64,000 nucleotides of DNA from Candidatus Poribacteria bacterium (GTDB lineage: Bacteria > Poribacteria > WGA-4E > WGA-3G). Of this stretch, positions 39,889 through 49,613 are shown one piece after another. The DNA is taken from assembly GCA_963665235.2 (NCBI GenBank), contig CAXXLX010000001.1:800001-864000 (forward strand), in the 5' to 3' direction. The stretch's first letter is position 1. Every line of letters starts with the position of its first letter. Under the pieces are notes generated by a model. The model was not told the origin of the DNA. It ran no database searches and saw only the letters and a list, made by a program, of their open reading frames with translations. Made by a program: the position numbers and the translations under genes.

Positions 39889-41181
39889 ATGAGTCCAGAG
39901 AATGTTCTCTCAGTTATTCTTGGCGGCGGCCGCGGCACACGCCTATTTCCATTGACACGCGACCGGGCAAAACCGAGCGTACCAATTGCTGGCAAATTTA
40001 GACTGGTTGATATCCCCATTAGCAATTGCCTTCATTCCGGGTTGGAGCGGATTTATGTTTTAACACAGTTCAACTCTGTCTCCTTGAATAGGCATATTTC
40101 AAAGGCGTACCGGTTTGATACCTATCGTCGGGGTTTCGTTCAAATTTTGGCAGCACAACAAACGCTCATGGGCGATGACTGGTATCAGGGAACGGCAGAT
40201 GCTATCAGACACAATAAGTCCTATATTCTCAATCCACGGTTTCCAGCGGATTACGTCCTGATTCTTGCCGGCGATCATCTCTATCGGATGGATTATCGCA
40301 AAATGCTCGCGGTACACATTGAATCAAAAGCAGATATCACCGTATCAGCGATTCCTGTGAAAAAAGAGGAAACAAGCGGTTTCGGTATTCTCCAAACAGA
40401 TGCAAATGGACAGATAATCAATTTCGTTGAAAAACCGCAAACGGAAGCTGCGTTGCAGCCGCTACGGGTTGACCCGAAGGTCTTCACCTCCCGCGGCGTT
40501 CAAGCCGAGGGAAGAGACTATATCGCTTCCATGGGAATCTATATTTTTAACAGGGAGGTCTTGCAAGAAGCTCTTGACGACGAATCAAACGATGACTTCG
40601 GTAAGGATATTATCCCGAAAAGCGTTAAGACGCGGCGCGTCTCCGCTTACTTTTTTGACGACTATTGGGAGGATATTGGTACTATTCGTTCCTTCTATTT
40701 AGCAAATATCGCGCTTACCGATGCGTCGCCGCCCTTCAATTTTTACGATGAACATGCACGTATCTACACCAATCCTCGGCATCTTCCGAGTACGAAAGTC
40801 AATAGCAGCAGTATCCGGTCCTCTACTCTCGCCGAAGGCTCTATTATTGACGATTCCGAATTGGATCGGACGATTGTCGGTATTCGGAGCATCATCTCAA
40901 ACGGCTCCCGAATTTACCAATCCGTACTCATGGGTGCGGACTACTATGAATCGGAGACGTTGCGTGCTGAAAATGCAAGCAACGGAATTATCAGTGTCGG
41001 AATCGGGCGAAATTGCCTAATCCAAAACGCTATTATTGACAAAAATGCAAGAATAGGCGATAATGCAGTCATAGCAAATACGCAGAATCTTGAAAATCAC
41101 GACGCGGATAACTACTATATTCGCGACGGAATTGTCATCGTGCCTAAAGACGCAACGATTCCACCGGATACGGTTATCTAA
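39889..41181 (+). CDS. glgC: Glucose-1-phosphate adenylyltransferase
   Basis: GGGRGTRLFPLT, WYQGTADA, ASMGIYIF and YWEDIGT. Confidence 0.95.
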   Translation: MSPENVLSVILGGGRGTRLFPLTRDRAKPSVPIAGKFRLVDIPISNCLHSGLERIYVLTQFNSVSLNRHISKAYRFDTYRRGFVQILAAQQTLMGDDWYQGTADAIRHNKSYILNPRFPADYVLILAGDHLYRMDYRKMLAVHIESKADITVSAIPVKKEETSGFGILQTDANGQIINFVEKPQTEAALQPLRVDPKVFTSRGVQAEGRDYIASMGIYIFNREVLQEALDDESNDDFGKDIIPKSVKTRRVSAYFFDDYWEDIGTIRSFYLANIALTDASPPFNFYDEHARIYTNPRHLPSTKVNSSSIRSSTLAEGSIIDDSELDRTIVGIRSIISNGSRIYQSVLMGADYYESETLRAENASNGIISVGIGRNCLIQNAIIDKNARIGDNAVIANTQNLENHDADNYYIRDGIVIVPKDATIPPDTVI

Positions 41182-41203
41182 TTCTAACAAAGGAGCATTT
41201 CAG

Positions 41204-41974
41204 ATGCATAAACTATTAATTTTTGTTATTTTCGGCCTTCTTGTTATCTCGCCACAACTCTTGGCACTAGACACAAACGGATTGGTTGGTGCTTGGTTAT
41301 TGGACGATGGCGGCGGAGATACTGTCGAGGATTCCTCCGATAACGGGTTGGATGGACAAATAGCGAAAGGTGCCCCGAAATGGGTTAAAGGTAAATTTGG
41401 GGGTGCCATGGAATTTGGCGGCGCAGACATGGTAACGGTTCCGGATAACGCTGCGCTTGACCTAAAATCCTTTACACTCTCAGCGTGGGTGAATATACCG
41501 AAAATCACGGATAGATGGCAGATTATTGCCACTAAAGAGAATCGCAACCCAACAAGCCGAAATTACGGCATATTTGGACATGTTAACACAGGTGTCATCC
41601 ATTACTCTTTCACAACAGGCAATTGGAAATCTTTTGACGCAAAAACCAAGGTTACCGATGGAAAATGGCATCATATCGCTGCAACCTATAAAAACCCTGA
41701 CTTCATACTCTATTTAGATGGAAAGGTAGATGGACAAACAGCACCAGGGACAGACCCAGATAACCACGATAATATGCTCTTTATCGGCGGCTGTGATGTT
41801 GGTAATTATTGGATGACAGGCACTATCGACGAGGTGGTCCTCTATGATAGAGCCCTCAGTCCCGCAGAAATCGGCGAATTAATGGATAAAGGAATCACGG
41901 GAGCTCTGGACGTAAAACCGGGTGGAAAACTGGTAACAACGTGGAGCCGGATTAAAGCAAACGCTGCTCGGTAA
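41204..41974 (+). CDS. Secreted LamG-like jellyroll protein
   Basis: Signal peptide, WHHIAATY and GTIDEV; C-terminal KLVTTWSRIK. Confidence 0.88.
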   Translation: MHKLLIFVIFGLLVISPQLLALDTNGLVGAWLLDDGGGDTVEDSSDNGLDGQIAKGAPKWVKGKFGGAMEFGGADMVTVPDNAALDLKSFTLSAWVNIPKITDRWQIIATKENRNPTSRNYGIFGHVNTGVIHYSFTTGNWKSFDAKTKVTDGKWHHIAATYKNPDFILYLDGKVDGQTAPGTDPDNHDNMLFIGGCDVGNYWMTGTIDEVVLYDRALSPAEIGELMDKGITGALDVKPGGKLVTTWSRIKANAAR

Positions 41975-42015
41975 TGCCGGGCATCAACAATACCGAAAAA
42001 AGGAGAATTTTTCTA

Positions 42016-42786
42016 ATGTATAAACTCACAATCTTAGTCGTTCTAACCCTGCTTGCCGTTTCACCAAATCTCTTGGCAGTGTCCACCGATGGCCTTGTCG
42101 GTGCATGGCTATTGGATGATGGAAGCGGGGAAGCCGTTATGGATTCATCCGGTAACGGATTAGATGGTGAATTTGCCACGGGCACTCCGCAGTGGGTTGA
42201 AGGTAAATTTGGCGGTGCACTCAAATTTGGCGGTGCCGATATGGTAACCGTAGCTGACAATGATGCGCTTGACCTCACATCCTTCACAATCGCTGCATGG
42301 ATTAATAGTCCAGACACCTCCGGAAAATGGCATGTTATCGCTGCAAAAGAAACACGCAATCCGACAGGTCGAAACTACGGCATATTTGGACATGTTAACA
42401 CAGGTGTCATCCACTATTCCTTCACCTCCAGCGGATGGAAATCGTATGACGCAAAAACCAATGTTACCGATGGCACATGGCATCACGTCGCCGCAACGTA
42501 TCAAAAACCCGATTTCAAGCTTTACATAGATGGCGCAGTAGATGCTCAAGTCGCCCCAAATGCCGAGCCGGAAACCAATAACAGTCCCCTATATATCGGC
42601 GGTTGTGACATCGGCGGCTATTGGATGACAGGCACAATTGATGAAGTCGTCCTCTATGATAGAGCCCTTAGTGAACAAGAAATCGGCGAATTGATAGCGG
42701 ACGGAATAGCTTCTGTAACACCAGTGGAACCCGCAAGTAAATTGGTTACAACCTGGAGCCGGATTAAAGCGGGAGCAACCCGGTAA
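42016..42786 (+). CDS. Secreted LamG-like jellyroll protein (tandem paralog)
   Basis: Highly similar to the previous gene; same C-terminal motif. Confidence 0.88.
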   Translation: MYKLTILVVLTLLAVSPNLLAVSTDGLVGAWLLDDGSGEAVMDSSGNGLDGEFATGTPQWVEGKFGGALKFGGADMVTVADNDALDLTSFTIAAWINSPDTSGKWHVIAAKETRNPTGRNYGIFGHVNTGVIHYSFTSSGWKSYDAKTNVTDGTWHHVAATYQKPDFKLYIDGAVDAQVAPNAEPETNNSPLYIGGCDIGGYWMTGTIDEVVLYDRALSEQEIGELIADGIASVTPVEPASKLVTTWSRIKAGATR

Positions 42787-42817
42787 AATTCTAATTGAAC
42801 GAAAGAAGGCTCTTGAT

Positions 42818-43096
42818 ATGGCTGAATTAAGACAGCAGCTCTTAGTCCTACACTTACACACACCCGACCTCAACAGCCACGTCGTTGCATGGGCACTGTA
42901 CGATGGCACGGGTGAGAAACGTTATACGACAGGCGACAGTGAAACACCGCCCTATAGCTCAGTCGTCGAAGCGATGCGAGATGGCTGGCGGGTGATACAG
43001 TTTCCACAACAATTCCCTGCCTACCCCGGCATGGAATATCACACTTCCTATCTAAGATTTGAATATATCTTGGAGAAATTGGAGGAAATCTCATGA
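42818..43096 (+). CDS. Small hypothetical protein coupled to the PhyH gene
   Basis: PYSSVVEAMRDGWRVIQFP; its stop overlaps the next start (ATGA). Confidence 0.75.
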   Translation: MAELRQQLLVLHLHTPDLNSHVVAWALYDGTGEKRYTTGDSETPPYSSVVEAMRDGWRVIQFPQQFPAYPGMEYHTSYLRFEYILEKLEEIS

Positions 43097-43911
43097 TTGA
43101 TAAACAGCACCTCCTCACGACAGAACAGATGGCGAATTTCGTAGCCGATGGTTACCTTCGCTTTGATGATTTTATTCCGGATGAATTCAATAAAGCTGCA
43201 CACGCGGAGATGCAGTCCGGCGTTCGAACACGCGGCGGCGGCGGCACCGTTCTAGACGATGTCTGGGGTGAAGATTCCGCAGTCGGAAACGTCTTCCGTT
43301 TACCGCAAGTACAAGGCATTATCCATAGCCTCGTCGGGGAAAATCCGTTATATGACCACCACGCCGTCCATATTGTGCGTCCCCAAAGCGAACACGGACA
43401 GATTTGGCACGCCGATGCTATCATTGACCTCCGCATGCACTTTGACATTCAGTTCTTCTATTTCTCACACGACACACCGCGCGAAATGGGCGGCACCATG
43501 ATTCTGCCCGGAAGTCATTTCAGACGCGTCTGCGAGACAGACGTTGCCCGATACCAAAACTTCCTCGGACAACATCCGATTGTTTGTGACGCTGGCACGC
43601 TCGTCGTTGTCCATCACGGAATATGGCACTGCGCGCAACCGAATTTAACCGAAGACACCCGGTACATGTTCAAATTACGTCTTAACCCGACCGTCCGTCA
43701 GCTCCAACTTTGGAACACAGACGACCTGAACGCGGCAGGGATCCGCGGCATTTTGAGCCGAAATCACAGATGGTACGGCAACGATGTCCGACTTGAAATT
43801 GTCAACCGGATCAAATTCTGGCGGTTTCTCATCGGCGATGAGTCGTTTGATGTCGGGTATTGGATGTCCCGTCTTGAGAATATGCCGGAAAACATCCTCA
43901 ATGTAGCTTAG
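43093..43911 (+). CDS. Phytanoyl-CoA dioxygenase family protein
   Basis: WHAD, GGTMILPGSH and HHGIWH motifs. Confidence 0.85.
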   Translation: MIDKQHLLTTEQMANFVADGYLRFDDFIPDEFNKAAHAEMQSGVRTRGGGGTVLDDVWGEDSAVGNVFRLPQVQGIIHSLVGENPLYDHHAVHIVRPQSEHGQIWHADAIIDLRMHFDIQFFYFSHDTPREMGGTMILPGSHFRRVCETDVARYQNFLGQHPIVCDAGTLVVVHHGIWHCAQPNLTEDTRYMFKLRLNPTVRQLQLWNTDDLNAAGIRGILSRNHRWYGNDVRLEIVNRIKFWRFLIGDESFDVGYWMSRLENMPENILNVA

Positions 43912-44059
43912 TCCGTTGTCAAGATTTGTAGGCGCGCTTTGTTGTAAGCGTGTCTACAAACGCTACATTTAGGCGATGATGTTGCCGCAATACCGCAACT
44001 TCCTCAAACACCTCTTCTTCCACAGTTTTGATGTCGGCAAATGAAAGGAGATTTTGACC

Positions 44060-44454
44060 ATGTTAGAAACAGTTGAAACCCTCGCTCAACGGTTAACTCG
44101 GTTAGAAGAAACAGTAGAGCACATAACATTACAACTGTCTTGGATTGTTAATGAATTAGGGGGCGATGCTAATTGGAGAAAAGATGCGCAATTAAAGGCG
44201 TACTCTATAGGAAACAACAAGCAAGATGCAGAAATAGCTCGAAAAGTCCTTGAGCGGATGGGAATTTCCGGGGAACCGATCCCGTAGGGACGATAGTTTA
44301 TAGAAACACACAACGCTACCCACCTAGTCCCGCTGAAGAGCTGCAAGCACGGATGGTCCGTAACGGTATCCAGCCCGACGGGAACGAGTTTAGTCGCGCA
44401 ATTATCGAAGAACGCGAGAAATATGCGGCACTCACGGAAACGGAAAAGAAGTGA
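44060..44454 (+). pseudogene. Small hypothetical gene interrupted by a single REP unit
   Basis: ...GISGEPIP then about 48 nt of CCCGTAGGGAC repeat, then PAEELQARMVRNGIQPDGNEFSRAIIEERE continues. Confidence 0.65.
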
Positions 44455-44865
44455 TGTTGTCACCGTTGGATATCGGGGGTGGAAGGATGGAAGAGATTGG
44501 GCAGTGTGTTGTCAGAATCGCGGATGACGCGGATTACACGGATGACGCGGAGAGAACGATATTAACCAAACAGGATGGACGCAAATTTGGCACTAAGTCT
44601 CGTAGCTCGTAGGGGCGGGGTTTCCCCGCCCGCTAGCTCTCCCTCTAAATCCCATTAGCTATAAAGGTTTATCAACGCGCTGCGTAAGTCCTATAGTAGT
44701 TAGAAAACATACCCTAGAAACAGCAGTGTTTTCCGCAACACCTCCTAGTCCCGTAGGGACGATATCTTTATAGAACCGGCCGTTAACGCCAAAACTCTTA
44801 GCCCCAGTATTCGGGCAAACAGCCCGCTCCTCAAGGGCGGTATGTTTATGCATCGAACGATTAAA

Positions 44866-45972
44866 TTACCACTTCAACAAACCGGCATCGTTTTTATTAC
44901 TGAGTTTGCCGCTACGCACGACAGAGGTGAGAAATTCAATGATATCCAAAGCCCGTTTCAGGATTGCACTGAATGCTTGTTGCTGCCCCAGGCTATCAAC
45001 CCCGAAGTAATTAGCGATTTTTTGATAGTCGCTACCTTTTCGATGCCCACTACCCCTGGAGCGCAGCGTCTGAAGTTTTTGTAGGAAAGAGACTCGGCGA
45101 TCGGCATCTTCGACTGCATGGAAATCAAGGATTTCCCCAAGAATTTCAATGCTCCGTTTACCTTTCAGATTAACCCTCTCTGCTTCAGGCAAAAGTTGCT
45201 TTAACCCCTTTACATTTATTGATTCGATTAATATGGTTTGGAGATCCTGAACTAAATCATCAAAATGACACTGCTCATCATTAACCGGAATTCTCAGGCG
45301 TTGGAAACGGTACTCGTCACCAGAACCCAACGGTTTTAACAATTGCCAACCAAGGCATTCTTTGCATGCCTCTTGCAACTGTTCATAATTTTGTTTGAAC
45401 AAAATATCCGGCTGATCTGAACTTATACCATTTTTATTAATTATCCTATCATTACCGGTCGTTAGAAATGAAACGGAGAACGGAAGACACAAACTGGAAG
45501 TTTATGCTACAAGGAGGCACAAACTGGAAGTTTATGCTACAAGGAGGCACAAACTGGAAGTTTATGCTACAAGGAGGCACAAACTGGAAGTTTATGCTAC
45601 AAGGAGGCACAAACTGGAAGTTTATGCTACAAGAACGCACAAACTGGAAGTTTATGCTACAAGGAGGCACAAACTGGAAGTTTATGCTACAATAAAGAGA
45701 CATTTCCAATTAGAAATGGTATTACCCACTTTCCTTCGACCATCCGATCATGATAGGTTTCGCTCATATCCCCTTCTGGTGGAATATTATGAGCGCGCCA
45801 ATGTAATTGTTCCGTGTAAGGCAGATGTATCTAGGAAGTGTATCCTAGCGTTCTGCCAAGATAGTCTAAGAACACACAAACTTTGTCAGGGTGATGGTTG
45901 TCGATTTTGATGCTGCCCCACAGATTACAACTCACGATTGAATCCCTAACCGTGTATTTGCTAGGTTCGTTA
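44866..45972 (-). pseudogene. Hypothetical gene disrupted by two MITE family 1 copies
   Basis: Removing copy E restores ...MVEGKWVSSDQPDILFK...; an upstream in-frame TAG and the 5' truncation by copy F remain. Confidence 0.75.
45426..45721 (+). mobile_element. REP-array MITE family 1, copy E (7 units, linker AAGGAG), TSD TTA
   Basis: TTA|TACCATTT...AAATGGTA|TTA. Confidence 0.92.
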
Positions 45973-46205
45973 TTAATTATTCTATCATTACCGGTTGTTA
46001 GAAATCAAACGGAGAACGGAAGACACAAACTGGAAGTTTATGCTACAATAAAGTGCACAAACTGGAAGTTTATGCTACAATAAAGTGCACAAACTGGAAG
46101 TTTATGCTACAATAAAGTGCCCAAACTGGAAGTTTATGCTACAAGAAAGTGCACAAACTGGAAGTTTATGCTACAAGAAAGAGACATTTCCAATTAGAAA
46201 TGGTA
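45970..46205 (+). mobile_element. REP-array MITE family 1, copy F (left TIR missing; 5 units)
   Basis: Starts at TTATTAATTATTCTATC; right end intact. Confidence 0.85.
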
Positions 46206-46209
46206 TTAT

Positions 46210-46460
46210 AACGTGAGCTTGATAATAAATGTCCGTTTTCCCTAACCTCTATAAAGATATCGTCCTTGAGGAGCGGGAAACCGTTTGCCCGAATACTGGG
46301 ACTAAGAGGAAGGCAAAAACTGCTCCTTCTATAAAGATATCGTCCTTGAGGAGCGGGAAACCGTTTGCCCGAATACTGGGACTAAGAGGAAGGCAGAAAC
46401 CCCCTGTTTCTATAAACATATTGTCCCTAAGGAGCGGGGAACCTTTTTCCCGGTATTCCG
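46210..46460 (+). mobile_element. MITE family 2 end with long-hairpin cargo (TCTATAAAGATATCGTCCTTGAGGAGCGGG...GGGACT), one end only
   Basis: AACGTGAGCTTGATAATAAATGTCCG start, then 3 degenerate units. Confidence 0.7.
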
Positions 46461-46668
46461 ACACACAGTCCGCTCCTCATTCGGTTTGCCAAAACATAAA
46501 ACGTAACTGTCATGATCATAGAAACACAGCTACACATAGAGACACTATAGGTTGAAAACAAAGCAAAACCCCACAAGGGATTTCAATCGTCTCTTGTGGG
46601 GTTTGTACAATTTTTACACACGCCTAGTAGCCCAAAGCTGTAGTAGCGGTAAATACCCTAGGAAATTA

Positions 46669-47514
46669 TCAATCGCGGCCGCGGCGTCTTCCTCTGCTAC
46701 GTTCCCGAAATTCTTTTATCATTTGTTCGCGTTGTTCACGGGAAGCACTCTCAAATCTCCGCCGCATCTCCATAACCTTCATCTCTGCCTGTTTTTTTGC
46801 GTTCTGTTCAGCGGCTTCCCTTGCTTTTCGCATCGCAGCGTCTCTAGAAGCACTAGATGAGGAGCTCCGGTTGTTATCACTCCGGCTGCTTTCTTCTCTA
46901 CTAGAGGAGCGTCCGCTGCTGCGGGATCCACTCGAGTTGAGAAACTGCATATTGCCTGTCCGAAGTGTTATATTCTCGCCGGCTTTATCCAACGTAACCT
47001 CTCGCTGCTTAATCTCTTTGACGACAGCCTCGCCGACTTTGTCACCAACGACTGCGGTATAAAATTGATTTGAGCGTCGCTCCAAGACAAATGCTTTGGC
47101 AACAGACCCGTTCGGATTGATGGCAGTGCCGATAAGCGCGTATTCTGGCTCTTTTCTCGGCGGAGTCCAACCGAGCGGTCGAAAGATATTGTTATCAATA
47201 ATCGCCCGATAAAACGCTTCACTGTCATTAGCTTTCTCGCCCCCGGAACGTTCTTTCTCCTGTGAGTTCGAAGCTTCTTGCCGATTGCGGAGCTTCTCCA
47301 TCTGCTGTCGCATTTGCTCCGGATTCGCCTTGCGGAGCTTCTCCATCTGCTGTCGCATTTGCTCCGGATTCGCCGCAATGCGCTCCAATTCTGCCCTATT
47401 CTGTGCATGGAGGTGGAAGCCGAACGCTAGCAGCAAAGCGACTATACCCCCAATTCCCAAAATGCTGAAGAGTTTTGAATATTTCACCGTAATCTCCTTG
47501 TACCTCAAAGGCAT
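46669..47514 (-). CDS. GspC/PilP-like secretion-associated protein with Ser/Arg-rich tail
   Basis: N-terminal TM; NIFRPLG...YALIGT...VGDKVG...VKEI...VTL pattern; internal 15-aa duplication. Confidence 0.6.
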   Translation of the reverse strand: MPLRYKEITVKYSKLFSILGIGGIVALLLAFGFHLHAQNRAELERIAANPEQMRQQMEKLRKANPEQMRQQMEKLRNRQEASNSQEKERSGGEKANDSEAFYRAIIDNNIFRPLGWTPPRKEPEYALIGTAINPNGSVAKAFVLERRSNQFYTAVVGDKVGEAVVKEIKQREVTLDKAGENITLRTGNMQFLNSSGSRSSGRSSSREESSRSDNNRSSSSSASRDAAMRKAREAAEQNAKKQAEMKVMEMRRRFESASREQREQMIKEFRERSRGRRRGRD

Positions 47515-47782
47515 TTTTGTATGTATTAGACTATGTAAGTCTCAAAAAGGTTCATTTTTTTTTGTAAAAGTATTTGATTACCATAATTTTACCACAAAAA
47601 TTTGCGAATGTCAAATTTGCATTGTTTTCTTTTCAACCTTTGTGATATAATTAAAAATAAGTCGGTGCAATATATCGCCAAAGCGTCCCTTCTTCTGTAG
47701 GAGTGAGCACTCGAGCGCGACTTTCTGAAGTTAAGCAGGACGCTTGCACCAGTTAAATAGAATAGAAAAGGATTAATGTCTT

Positions 47783-48331
47783 ATGAAACGCCATAGTCAA
47801 AGTCAGAAATACGTTGCCCTGGTGTGCAGCTGTGCCCTTCTTTTTCTCTTAACGCTTGGGCAAGCGGATGCAGCGCGGCGGTCGCCTGCCTTAGCGATTA
47901 CGTTGTTTGTATCGGGCATGGGCTTCCAAGTTGGGAGTACCATGCTGAATTCCGCTGCGGAAACCCGTTATAATGAATATCTCAACACTGCAATTCAATC
48001 GGAAATTGCAAGCCACAAAGATGCAGTCATTGCGCGGCGAAATGCCAGTACTATCATGTCCCGCGTTGGTTTCGGCTGCGTCGGGTTGGCAGTGTTTCTC
48101 TCAATTTATAACCAACTTGCCTCCGCTGCCCCAGAGCCAGAACCGGAACCGGAACCGTTGTCCCAGGTACACCCGCTGATTAATGTGGGGACATATTCTT
48201 CAGCGAGCCTTATTTCGTCCCGTGTATCTCTAAGCAACAATAGACTCGTTGGGCTCTCTCGGTTCGGAATTCATCCACATTATGACTTCCAAACGAGACG
48301 TGCAAGTCTACAATTCCAACACCGTTTTTAA
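47783..48331 (+). CDS. Hypothetical membrane/secreted protein
   Basis: Signal peptide and TM segments; first gene of a three-gene run. Confidence 0.7.
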   Translation: MKRHSQSQKYVALVCSCALLFLLTLGQADAARRSPALAITLFVSGMGFQVGSTMLNSAAETRYNEYLNTAIQSEIASHKDAVIARRNASTIMSRVGFGCVGLAVFLSIYNQLASAAPEPEPEPEPLSQVHPLINVGTYSSASLISSRVSLSNNRLVGLSRFGIHPHYDFQTRRASLQFQHRF

Positions 48332-48340
48332 AGGAGAGAT

Positions 48341-49552
48341 TTGATGATTTTTTTTCAAAACCTCACACAACAATTCGGGGTAGGGAGGACATTCCTATTG
48401 AGCCTGCCTTTACTTCTCATGCTCTTGGGGTTAGCTGCATGCACAAATAGCGAAGATTTTGCGAACCCGCTTGACGCAGAAAATCTGCGGACATCCGGGG
48501 CGCCAGATGGACTCACGCTCTACCCCGGAGACAGAGAGATTCGTGTCACATGGACAGACACCGGACAATCGGGCATCAAAGCCTACCGTATCTATCGCCG
48601 TTCAATCAGCAACTCAGATGAACCCTTTGAGGTAGTTGGCACTGTTAATGCCCCGGCAAGCGAGTTTATAGACACTAACAATCTCGAAAATGACCGATTA
48701 GATGATTTTGGAAACGTTCTCGCGTACGAATACCGAATCTCATATATCGATATAAACGACGTTGAAACGCCTGACCCCGCGAATCTGCCCCAAACCGGCG
48801 ACGGTGAACCGATGCGGATCTGGAAAACCGCCAGTGCCACCCCGAGTATTGCACCGCCGGCACCAGACGTAACCATCGGGGACCCTGTTGACCTTGCTGT
48901 CAACCTTTTTTGGGAAAATTACGCGTTTCCCGCTGATTTCTCTATCTTCCAAATCTCCATCGCCCCGGACAGAGGCGAAGGCGAATCGCTGGTTTTTAGG
49001 CACGCCGCCGATATCAGCAGAGACGAAGAAAAACTTTACTATCTTGATGGTAATTTCCGGGAAGATGGCACGAAAAAAACATACCGAATCGCTGCTATAG
49101 ACCGATTCGGCGTGGAAGCCGTTACAATCGTCACAGCAGAATCCCCGAATCTTCCACCCAAACCACCCACAAACTTTGCGGTGTTTTGTTACCCGAGCTC
49201 CCTATTTACTGTCCGGTACGACTCCGTGTTACAATGGGATGCCAACCTTGAACCCGACCTGGATGGGTATCAAATTTATACGATAAATAATGATGGGGAA
49301 TTTATACCCCGGCCCGCGGCTAAAAAGGGGGAAACAACCTTGACAGTTATTGGTGAAGAACCCGTGCTCGTCGCCGGGAGCCCCTACCTTAGGCCCTATT
49401 TTATCGTTGCCTACGATAATACGCCCCGGCCCGATGGCATGATAGACACAAGTGAGAGAGTTGAAGCAACACTTCTTGCCAATTTCACGTTATTCGACCC
49501 AATTCCAGCAGAGCCTACGCCACCACCTCCCTCCGGCCCGAGCACACGATAG
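48341..49552 (+). CDS. Lipoprotein with fibronectin type III-like domains
   Basis: LAAC lipobox, NPLD; W...YRIYRR and WDANLEPDLDGYQIY FN3 motifs. Confidence 0.8.
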   Translation: MMIFFQNLTQQFGVGRTFLLSLPLLLMLLGLAACTNSEDFANPLDAENLRTSGAPDGLTLYPGDREIRVTWTDTGQSGIKAYRIYRRSISNSDEPFEVVGTVNAPASEFIDTNNLENDRLDDFGNVLAYEYRISYIDINDVETPDPANLPQTGDGEPMRIWKTASATPSIAPPAPDVTIGDPVDLAVNLFWENYAFPADFSIFQISIAPDRGEGESLVFRHAADISRDEEKLYYLDGNFREDGTKKTYRIAAIDRFGVEAVTIVTAESPNLPPKPPTNFAVFCYPSSLFTVRYDSVLQWDANLEPDLDGYQIYTINNDGEFIPRPAAKKGETTLTVIGEEPVLVAGSPYLRPYFIVAYDNTPRPDGMIDTSERVEATLLANFTLFDPIPAEPTPPPPSGPSTR

Positions 49553-49613
49553 GCAAAGGTGAGAAAGTTGAAACCAAACATCCACAATTTGAATAGACAG
49601 AAAAGGAAAGATT

